NCBI RefSeq assembly: GCF_038025025.1
Contig: NW_027117341.1
Coordinates: 806,001 to 870,000, forward strand
Source: Phyllosticta citribraziliensis
Lineage: Eukaryota
Direction of reading: 5' to 3'
Length of the DNA stretch: 64,000 nt
How positions within the stretch are numbered: position 1 is the first letter of the stretch; each line of letters opens with the position of its first letter. Below, piece after piece: positions 23,111-33,552 of the stretch. The notes below the pieces were generated by a model that made no database searches, was not told the DNA's origin, and worked only from the letters and a program-made list of their open reading frames with translations. The translations under genes were made by a program, and so were the position numbers.

Positions 23111-23425
23111 TCTTTTCTAGTGAACCTTGAAGAGTGTTAAAAACGTTTCTTCCTCATTTCAAGTAGAAACCAAGAAAGTTTTGGTGTTAAAGCGACGCTT
23201 GGGGTGACTCCATCTGTGGCGCGTCGACCGTCCTTCTTGTCTTTGGTCGCCGACCAGGCACCTCCCAAACCATAAGAACTTCTCAAGACTAACCCCCCCT
23301 ATATCTCTCAACCACTGCGACTTGTTACTCAAATCACTTATTATTCCTCATCAAACAAAGCCACTGGTTTCTTCTTGTTCACTTTTCAAATTCCTACCAT
23401 TAAGCTTATCAACCGTTCCGACACC

Positions 23426-24019
23426 ATGGCGCCCATCTCTGACTTCGATGTTTTCACCACCATCGCGGAAGGCATGCTGCGCACCATCGAGGAAGGCATG
23501 GCAATGAAGCAAAGAGAGATGGCCCGTCTCAACGAGGTGTTCTCGCAGCTCTACACCAAGAACGGCATCCTCGAGGACAACCTGCGCTCGCGCCGTCCAA
23601 CCATCACGCCCGAGATCCTCGACATCTTGAAGCAACTACCAATGACAGGCTTGATCACGCCAATCGTAGCTTTCTTCGAATGGATGATGCCCCAGCTGGC
23701 CAAGTTTGAAATCTTCTTTGAGGACGACTTCGGCGAGGACGAGCGCTTCAAGCGCGTCATGGACGGGTGGGCCATTCTCCAAAGGGATCAAGGGGACTGT
23801 GACGCGGAGATCAACAATGTCGTTTCTCTCGCGCAGCAGCACTACGGACTGCGCCTCCGTCACATCGCAATGGCTACGGGAGATCTCAGGGAGCGACTTC
23901 AGCGCATCAACGGTCGCGGCCCAGATCCTCCCGAGGAGTTTAGTGAGTACCAGTCTACTGTTCCTCCTTGACAGGGGTTGACCTTCATGCTAGTCCACTG
24001 CCCGACTTCACGCACATAG
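23426..24019 (+). CDS. Orphan helical protein E, paralogue of D (3' end uncertain)
   Basis: accATGg start. A GTGAGT donor at 23943 has the same position and phase as the D intron, with acceptor TAG at 23993. An alternative donor at 23947 would extend the ORF to ~24076. Confidence 0.7.
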
Positions 24020-25174
24020 AGCGCGTCCAGCTGAGCAGCAGCGGTCCTGCCTCGACCGTTCTGAACTTGACTTGACCATGTCGACGGGCCGGCAGGAGAC
24101 ACGGCAAGCCAGTGACTCGTCCGGGTTCTTTACTACCGCGGCTCCAGACTTCCAAGAGACCGAGGTGGCATCGAAGCAGGAGTCAACGGAGAAATCGCAA
24201 GGCGGAGGAATGTACAAGACAGTCCGACCAGGGCGCCTAGGAGTTCACAGAGGGACGAATGCCGGGTTCCACCGGGCGCCATTTTGCTCCACCGTGTGGC
24301 CCCGACGGACGGCACGCTTGGTGTTTACACCTTCAGCGATGTGTTGTACTGTCCAGCACTTTTGTTGAGCACGATGGTCCCGGTTCTGTCCGGATTGGTC
24401 TGTTGGGATATCCGCCGAGACCATCTCCTGCTTCCACTTTCCCCACCTTCAAGGCCGGCGACTTCATCAACCCCGAAGGTCTGGGCAGCCTTTTTCCCTG
24501 CTTTTGGTCGATGTCGGATGGGTTTTGAAAGTGGAGGAAGGAAAGTACCTGTATCAAAAGACTTGAGAAAGTGTATCTAGACTGGAAGGAACGTGGAACT
24601 AATGTCGAGCTGGGGCCTGGAGAGCGACAACAGGAAAGCATGATAAGCTCTTGTTTTTTGGCATAATGACGGATCTTGAATGAACTTCGTAATAGTCGGT
24701 ACAATAATGGAAGCCCTGTTGACAGTAGTCTTTGAGAAAAATGAAGTGCCGCTTCAAATCGTGTCCCGCCGCAGCGTGCCGCTTTCAAGCTCGCCTACGA
24801 GGACTTTGACTCCGGACAGAGTGAAATGACTTTTTTTCATCGCAAGATGTGCATGTAAAGTGACGATTGTTGAAGGTTTATAGGAGGAAGCACCACAGAG
24901 TTGCTTTGGTGACAGCGATAAGGTCAGGAGAAGCAAAAGGAGACGTTACTGCTTAAGAAAAACTCAAAGAGAATGAAAGGGAAAGATCGAATGCTGCCAG
25001 TCCACCACGTGTACCTCATGCGAAAGAATAGAGACCAAGACGAAGTGAAAAAGAAAGAGCAAGTGAAGAAGCGCGCAGCGCGTAGGGTAAAGGAAACAAT
25101 CATAATCTCAACGCACCACGAACAGCCCAGCAGCAACACCACATTGCCCATGTGTCGACCCGAAGCCCGCTCAC

Positions 25175-26674
25175 TCAATCGCGCCAGCCCTCCTCCCCCC
25201 TCAAGCGACCTCCAAAGCCCAAATCTCGCTCGCGCTCCCGTGCCGCAGGCATGGCGTAGCGCCGCTGGATACGCGGGAGATGCAGGCCATCGGTCCTTAC
25301 GCCGTTAAAGTCATCGTCGTCCAGATATCCAGCACCGTTGCGATCACGCATGCTAGTCGAGCGGCGGCGTCTCATTGAGCGACCACGACGCAGCTGGTCG
25401 AGACTGATGGCCATGCCGTTGTCCTCGTCGGACGAGAGACCGGACCCACGGTACAGAGGGGAGCGACGGCCTTGCCCACGGCCGGGACTGATACCGAAGC
25501 TGGATCGTGATTCATAGGGCGAACTCAGTCTGTTGCCGCGGCGGAGATACGGGCGTCTTTCGCGTTCGTGATTGCGGCCGAAGTCGGCGAAGTGCATGGG
25601 TGGAGGGCCAGAGGGAGCGGACACAGCGCCGCGACGGCGCGACGGCATGAAGGACGGGGTCGAGGCGGCAGAGACGGGCGGTGATGGAGTTGGAGTGCGG
25701 AAGCGGACGGTGGGAGGAGGTGAGCGGCTGGTTCCTAGACGAAAAGACCCTGACCGAGGGGTGAGGCTGCGGCTCAGACTGCGGGAGCGGTGGAATCGAC
25801 GTGATCGAGGGCTGTGTTCATGGCGAGCTCGAAGATTTGATCGAGTGTGGCTTCGAGAGCGCGGGATGAGTAGGGGAATAGTGCGCGGAGTGCTGGGAGA
25901 TCGGTCTGCGAAAAGCCGTCGGCGGCTGCGGCCACGATTGAAGCTGTTCAGACTAGGACGGAGACGAGGACGAGAGGAGAGGAACGGAGGAGGCGAAAGA
26001 CGGCCCAAGTTGAGAGCAAGGTCGGAAAAACGATCTGCGAGGTTGCTGATGCGGCTCCTTGGTTGGAGAGGTGGTCCGCGCGAGAAGGGACGGTGAGTCT
26101 GAGGCATGAAATCCCGTCCATCAAAGTCTCCACGGTCCAAAATGGGGGTACGATCTTCGTAGTTGTTCCTCCGCGATGAAAGTCTTCTTCTGGTCTGAGT
26201 TGTTCTGCCCCATCCCCAGCTGCGACGGCGAGAGACATGCATGCAAATATCAGATCTCCTGCTGCCTCTGCCTCTGACTCCTCCCCTCTCTTGACAACAT
26301 GCGCAACCGCGTGTCAACGGGTCGAAAGGACGCGCACCACAACAGCAGACTTCGCCCTCAGTCGAGTCTCCGCCTCCTCTGAGGCTGAATCCGCACGCCT
26401 CCCTCTCCAGCTCATCCTCTGCGTGGCGAAGTGCACTTCGTCTAGTTGGCAGTCGCACTCTGAAAAAGCTGCCTCGATCGCCGCCTCGCCTCACCCATGC
26501 AAGCTGGGGGCGTGTGATGAGCAAGTCGCGCTCATTCTCCTGATCTTGGACGATGGCGTAGGGAGCGGAGTCAGGGCTGTGTCGGCGCGTATGCATGCAT
26601 GAAGATGACATACAAGGACAAAGGGTGGAGTACCAGGGCTGATGTGTGGAGCGTCGATGCCAGGGAAATGTCAT
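25175..26674 (-). CDS. Hypothetical Arg/Ser-rich low-complexity protein (~500 aa)
   Basis: Long uninterrupted ORF with an accATG start (MTFPWHRR). RS/RP-rich, with an N-terminal Cys cluster. Confidence 0.55.
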   Translation of the reverse strand: MTFPWHRRSTHQPWYSTLCPCMSSSCMHTRRHSPDSAPYAIVQDQENERDLLITRPQLAWVRRGGDRGSFFRVRLPTRRSALRHAEDELEREACGFSLRGGGDSTEGEVCCCGARPFDPLTRGCACCQERGGVRGRGSRRSDICMHVSRRRSWGWGRTTQTRRRLSSRRNNYEDRTPILDRGDFDGRDFMPQTHRPFSRGPPLQPRSRISNLADRFSDLALNLGRLSPPPFLSSRPRLRPSLNSFNRGRSRRRLFADRSPSTPRTIPLLIPRSRSHTRSNLRARHEHSPRSRRFHRSRSLSRSLTPRSGSFRLGTSRSPPPTVRFRTPTPSPPVSAASTPSFMPSRRRGAVSAPSGPPPMHFADFGRNHERERRPYLRRGNRLSSPYESRSSFGISPGRGQGRRSPLYRGSGLSSDEDNGMAISLDQLRRGRSMRRRRSTSMRDRNGAGYLDDDDFNGVRTDGLHLPRIQRRYAMPAARERERDLGFGGRLRGEEGWRD

Positions 26675-27276
26675 GGTGAGACTTGCAGTGGAAAATTCGA
26701 TTCGAATGAAAGACACGAATTGTAAAGCTTGTCAGAGAAAGCAATCCGATTTATCTCGTGGACTTGTAGGATGAGACAGCATGCTGCCGAACAATCGCAT
26801 TGTTTCCATGGCTTTGGCTCGAAGAGTCAAACAGCCACGAGCCGTGGCCAAAGCAGCGAGAAAAGGGTGGAAACGCCCAAAGTAGACGGTTTGGATGGTG
26901 GGCCACGCGGGTCGAAGCGTGAGAAACTGCATGCGTTTTCTACATGCTGGAGCAAACCTGCAACCAACCGCTAAGCGCGTACCTGGCATCAAGCGCACAG
27001 CATTGCCTTGAGACCAATTGGAGAGGGCTACATTGATTAATCTTCAGGTACAGTCGGATGACTATGCGTCTGTAGCAATTGATCGGCAAGGCTGACTCCT
27101 GCAGATCCGTTGCCGGGACCGTCTCCGCATTCGGCAAAAGCATCGACAGCAGCCGCAACGGTCCGAAATGATTTAATTGAGGGGCAGGAAGAAGAGAAGT
27201 TTTGTTCCGGGGTATAATGCAATTAAAGAGAAGTATCGGCAAACATAGGGACAAGGCAAAGGAGGGATGGGTTGAA

Positions 27277-28479
27277 TCAGCGCGTAACCCGCTCCACAAT
27301 GCGGAGCGTACTGATTGCAAAAGTTGCAAGCCATGCCACTAGGGCGATCAAAAGGACAGCTGTCAACGCCTTTTGCTTTGCGCAAACATCTTGAGCGTAG
27401 CAGCGCCGGATAAGCTGGTCAGCGTTGGTGGTGGGCTCAACACAAGCCCATGTGGAATCTGTTAGCGACTGGAATGCCTGTTCAAGCCGTCAGTACTGTA
27501 CACATTGAATGGAAAAGCGACGCACGATACTCAAGTTGGCCGAGTCGAAGACGATGAAGAGGAGGTCCAAAAAGACGAGTCGTAATTTGGACTTTGGATT
27601 TCGCAAACCGAGCGGTCGGGCCGTGTATTCGTCGTGAGTAATGTAGCAAAGATAGACTATGGCAACGACATCTACAATGATGGCCATGTACGTGGACGAA
27701 CCGGCGTCGCAGTCGTAGCCGTCCTTTCTACGGTCGATGAGGTGGAATATGCGGGCAGACAGGCCCAAGGCTGCAGCGGAAAAGATGAGGACGTTGAGGC
27801 GGATGATGAGAGGAATGTAGGGATTGCGCATAAGGATTCGCTGCAACACGTCAATACCAAATCACGGTGGTCACGTTTTGCACAGTATCAAACATCACGC
27901 AAGCCTAGCACGAGGCGTCAAACACTGCGGATGGTTTGTCTCACATGTATTTTGCTGAGGCGTCTCTTCCTCTTGTCTTGGGTGAAGAGCCAGAATCCCG
28001 GCTGCTTTTCAGGGTCCGGTGTAGTGGGCTCCTCGGGCTCCCATGGCGCGTCCAGGTCCTTCATGTTTTCCCGCATCCAGTCACGCGACACGACCTCTGA
28101 GCGGTTGGCAGTGGATGGGGGGTTGGGATACTGCGAGGCCAGGGCGAAAGAGCGCCATCTTGAGGCGACTTCGGTGGGGGAGCCGCTGGGCATGGGAGGC
28201 ATGGCCTGGCGAGCATAGTCGTAGCGACGGCCGGCGGGGGCATTGGGTCGAGGAGAGGGTTGGGAGTTGTGTGTGGCTGGGCGGATGGACTGCGGCGTGC
28301 GAGGGAGCAGAAGGGTCGGCGACGTGGTTTTTTCTTGGTCTTCGGTGGGCATGTCTGCATCGGGGGCGATGGAACGCACCCAGGCTGTCCGAGTGTTAGG
28401 GCGACGAGCTGGAGAGGGTGCTTGATGGGGTAAACATACGGGGGATGAACTGTGGGGGAGAGTCGGCGTCAGCGGCCAT
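27277..28479 (-). CDS. SRF1: SRF1-like membrane protein (regulator of phospholipase D family)
   Basis: PPWV N-terminal motif, LMRNPYIPLIIRL, DEYTARPLGLR, LDLLFIVFDSANLS, four TM segments. Introns 28385-28439, 27841-27944, 27478-27525. Confidence 0.8.
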
Positions 28480-28886
28480 GGCGACAGAACGAGTGGACCT
28501 GACGGCGGCGAGGGTGGAATGAATGAGCGGACGGGCGAGCAGAGTCGCCAGGTAGAGATATAAGAGTTGGGATGAGCCCCCAACGGGCTCGGTGGTGGAG
28601 AGCAGCAATGAAAAGCTGCGCTGGAGTGGAGGTTGGGATGATGCTTGGAGCAGCCGGCGGGTTTCCGGTTGCGCTTGGGGCAGCCTGACCTGAGGTGAAG
28701 ATGGCTTGAACGAGATTCCGGATATTGCGAGTGACGTTATGCGGCTCCGCGACGTCGTGTGCCGCAGACTGGCTCGCTCCGTCGAAACCTTTCCCACACC
28801 CGGGACTTGACCAGTCCATTACCTACCTGTACCTGGTTACCGACCCGGAGCCCTATCGCGTCGCCCCCAACTCCAAACCTCCTACG

Positions 28887-29875
28887 ATGCGCCTCTTCCT
28901 CCTCCCCATCTCCACCAGGCGCGCCCTGATCTACTGCGAGCGCCCCGGCGTCGCCACCCCCGGCCACCAAGTCTCGCTGCTCGACAAGGCCACAAACAAG
29001 GCAAATCAGACCTGGGCCAACTGGGAAAAAACCGACAACCATGCTCCCTGGTATCGTGGTGGCTGGAAACGCTCCCTCACCCTCCACGGCAACAAGGTCC
29101 TGCGCCGGATACCCTACCAAGAATGGGGCCTGAAGACAATACCTGCCCTCAGCGGTGGACGGAGACAGGCCGAGCTCGACGGCACCGACAAGGTCGAAGT
29201 CACCTTTCCGGGTCTCTTCCTCAAACATGATCGCGTTTTCCCGCTGCTGAGACAGCTGGCCACCGAGAGACAATCGCTGCACAGGAAGCGCTTTTGGTGG
29301 AGCATAGTCGGCATGCCCATCTCTGCCCCGTTTGCGCTGATTCCCATGTGCGTTCTCCAAATCGATTCTTCCAAATCACTGCTGACGTCCGGCACAGAAT
29401 ACCCAACATTCCCTTTTTCTATCTCGTCTTCCGCGCTTACTCGCACTGGAAAGCCTTGTCCGGATCCAAGCACCTCGAGTTCCTGCTGAAGCACAACCTG
29501 ATAAAACCTACACCCTCTGCCGAGCTTGACGAAGCCTATGCAGCCGGCCTGATACACTCGACGAGAGAAGACTCGCGCAAGTCACCACCGCCGACACGGG
29601 AACACATCCAAGAAGTTGCAAGGATTGTCGAGCGCCAGACCAACAACGGCTCCGAAGACGTCATGGTGCTACAAAAATGGAATGGCAAGCTTTTGGCGGA
29701 GAAGTACCATTTGCCCGAAATGGAGGTCGAAATTGAACGCGCGGTGGAGCAAGTCGAAAATTCTATCAAGGCCAAGGACGAGCTCAAGGAAGAGAAAGAA
29801 GAGATTGAAAAGTCGACGTCCTATGGCAAAGACGGGGTCACGAGCAAACACGAATCAAAAGATACGAAAGGTTAA
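28887..29875 (+). CDS. Mitochondrial K+/H+ exchange-related protein (Mit_KHE1 family)
   Basis: MRLFLLPISTRRALIYC start, RIPYQEWGLKTIP, PFALIPIIPNIPFFYLVFRAYSHWKALSGS. Intron 29348-29397. Confidence 0.85.
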
Positions 29876-30027
29876 AGACCAGGACCAGGAGCTCAAACGC
29901 TGGAGCAAAGGCGCAAAGGGGGGAAAAGCCACAGGTATGTATGATGTCATGTATCTGAACCCATGTATATATGTACGAACTTAGACTATGAATGACCCAG
30001 GTCGCACATCTTGACTCTCAACTCCAT

Positions 30028-31230
30028 CTAGTTTGCGGTGAAGCCGCCGTCGACAGGAATCGCCGTCCCAGTCATCCACGTATTGTCGTCCGAGCCCAAA
30101 TACACAGCGAGACGAGTAAAGTCATTTGGCTTTCCCAAGCCGCGGAACGGATGCTTCTTTGCCAAGTGTGTCCGGACTTCATCATGGCCAACGAGGATCG
30201 GGTCAAGCAATCTTGTGTCAACGTCTGGACGATGTTAGCTCTGAAGATGTGCCACAGAGGTGCTACTTGCATCCGGGACAAATGGCATTGACATGGACGC
30301 GATACTCGGCCAAATCCAGTGCGGCCGTCTTGGTGATCGCTCTGGAAGAAATCAGTCAGCCAACGCACCAACGAGCTCCGCTGAGCAATGAACAACTCAC
30401 ACTACGGCGTGCTTCGACGCGTTGTAGCTGACTACACATCATCAGCTCTGTCTCGGCTCGAGGTTCATTCAGCTGGCCACTCACCCTGCAGACCCGTTCC
30501 AGTCACCCCGTAGATACTGGAAATGTTCACAATCGACCCCCGATCGCCGCTCTGCGACGGCTCCTGGGAGATCATCTGCTTGGCCGCGTGCTTGGTCCCC
30601 AGCATCACGCCGCTTGCGTTGATCTTCATCGTCGGTTCCCACATGCGCTCAAAGTTGAGCTCCCAGACGGGACGCGGGTCGTTGCCCTCGGGAGCAACGC
30701 CTGCATTGTTGACGAATCTGCAGTGGCATTCAATTTTAGCTCTGATGCGAGTGGGTTGATGCAGAGACCAGTCCGTGGAAACATGACGAAAGCCCCCTCC
30801 TCAAAAATGAAAAGAAACCACGGGTTAAAGGAAAGGCAGGAAGTAAAACTCACATATCAAGCCTCCTCCCCAAGCCAATCTCTTCCGCCCACGACACGGC
30901 CCTTTCCACCAACGCCTCCACACTCTTCTCAACGCCAACATCCGTCTCCACAAACAGTGCCTTTGCGCCCACCTTGGAAATCGTCTCGTGCGTAGGCAGA
31001 AGGTCTGCCCCTGCTGCCGCCAGCTCGTCGAAGAGGTAGCGGTACTCGGCACCCGCGCGTGGATGCGGCGCGGCGGACACGTCGGCGCACACGACGGCGG
31101 CGCCCTCGTAGGCGTATGTCAGCGCAATAGCGCGGCCGATGCCGCGCGAGGAGCCGGTCACTATGGCAAGCTTTCCTGGGAGCAGTGGCCGCGGGTTTGG
31201 CCAGGGTTGCGTAGTTATGGTTGAAGACAT
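30028..31230 (-). CDS. Classical short-chain dehydrogenase/reductase
   Basis: TGSSRGIG, FVNNAG, IVNISS, YNASK (YxxxK), VNAICPG, MTGTAIPVDGG. Four introns, the last GC-AG. Confidence 0.88.
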
Positions 31231-33552
31231 GTTGGTAAGACGAGGGATACTCTGCAGTGTACGTGCACGAGAAATGTAGCTGTCTGTGGCGGGCCAGCAC
31301 AGCAAGCGGGGTGTCAAGAAGCAATGTCCAGCAAGAACTGGTAAGGTAGGTAGCGGAGAAGACGATGACGAAAGTGACGATCAGAGACAAGGGGAGCTCA
31401 GCACGGACAAGCCAACTCAGACTCCGCGGAGCAACAACAATAGGCGGCAGAACAAGAAGAAGAAGTCTACAGCAAATCTTGCTCTATTATCGCATGTCAA
31501 GAAAGAAGACAGTTCATCAACTCAAACCTTCCACCACAGGGTCTTTTATATCATCTCACCCCATGCGTACAACGCCACGCCTCTTTCAGCCTTAGCCGCC
31601 TGCGCCCGGCCCAGCTGTTTGCACATCCCACCCACCTCCACAATTAGCCCTTTCCGGCTGTCTTTCCTTTCCCTCGTGCTGCTCGTCGGCGTTGGCAGCA
31701 GCTGCTGCTCTGCCATGGAAAGCCTATCCGCGTGCATGGTTATCGGCTTCGGTTGCGCACCACCCCGCTGCCCCGCCCCGCACTACATTTAACCCGCATT
31801 GCAGCGCATTACATGGCGGGGTTGTGTTTCTGTGGAGTACAATTGGAGAGTGTTGTCACACCAGACGGACTGCGTATCTGCGTTTCGCGGAGAGAAACTG
31901 GAAGACGAGAGTCGGCGAGGAGAAGGACATTCATCTACATTATCATCCAACGAAACGGAAACCCAAAGCAAGCAGCCCTCTCGTATCAAACCCCATCCAT
32001 GGCCTAACCGACCTACTCCTACCACACCCCCAGGCGTACGCAGCACAGCACCCAGCGCGACCCAATCCGGCTCCACAGCTCGTCTTCAGGGTAACTTCAT
32101 TCGCAGAGGTTGGAGCGGGGTGGCGCGGGGCAACTCAGCCGAGGAAGCAACAGGACGCCTCCCTGCCATGCTTTACTTTCCGTCCGCCCACCCGCTCGTC
32201 CCGTCGTTCACTCGTGCTGGTGATTCGTCTCGAGCACGAATGGATGGTGGGTTGAGCGATGTCGTGTCGTGCCTGCTGAATAATTGGCGGAGGGACTTGT
32301 GTACCTTCCTCCTGCTACTACCGCCGTCCGGCTAACCTGCTGGCTGAAGGGAAAGTGTCAAACTAGGTAGGTAGGTACTCTCTCACCTCTTACTTTGTGT
32401 TGTGTCCGCCCTTTGGTCCCTCCCTGTCTTGCCCCCCCTGTCCCCGGCCAACCTCCCAGCTTAAAACACCCAATCCAGATGCGTCGTCCACAGAATTAGC
32501 TTCACCAGATAAGATTCGCTGCGCAGTACAGCGCGGCGGCAGATGGGCGTGCCGGTATCCGCCACCTCAATTACATACTTCAACAAGTAGCAGCCACGTG
32601 CTGTGCTACACACATAGTATCATGATAATTACTTGTGCAGAACCACTCCTAGATAAACAGCAAAAGAACAGCGAACATGGGATAGAGAACAAAGATATGC
32701 GCATTGTTCAACAAGGCAGTTTACTTTGCCCAGCCCCCCCTCCCCAAGCCAAGCCAAGCCAAGCATCCTTTACAATCATCACAACACACAGAGACCAAAT
32801 CTCAATCTTAATCCAACATCTCAATTTCGATCCAATCAAAACAACAAACAAACGAAAAAGAATGCTGCGTACACAAAAAAAAGTCAAGATAGACAAAATA
32901 GAGAGATGAGTTTACTAACCGCGACAACGCGCCCAGCCCACCCTAGCCCAGCCCACCCAGTTTATGCCGGCCAAGTACATGCACGGAAGAGCATGCTTCC
33001 AACACCACACCTCCCGCCCAGAGCCACCACCCCATTATCAACATCAAAATGTGTGAAGATCTTATGCTCGAAAGATAAAGAAAGACGATATAGCGTTGTC
33101 GAGGCAAAGATGATGTGACAAGAATGCAACTCAGATGACGATGATGATGAGATAGATACCTAAGTATGACCGCCACCACCAATTATGCAACGCAACGAAA
33201 CGGACAAACAACAAGAACCCCAAAAAACAAAGCAACACAAACAGCTGCTTGCTTGCATGTTGGATGATTGGCGAGTCGTCTTTTTCTGCTCTTTCCTTCC
33301 GCCTCTGTCTCGCGTGAGAGCGTGAGAGTGCGATAGGAAGAAGGTGAGAAGGGAGGGAGGGAGGGAGAGAGGGAGGAGGATTCAAAATGTAATGTAAGAG
33401 AGAGAAAGCGCTAGATGAAAAGAAAGAAAAACATGATCAAATCTGATCCCCACCCAATACCAGAGAAAAACAAACAATTCCCTTTTTCCTGAGTTCTCTT
33501 TGCTCGTTTCGCGCTCGCTTCTTCTTCTTCTCCTTCTTCTACTACCTCATCA

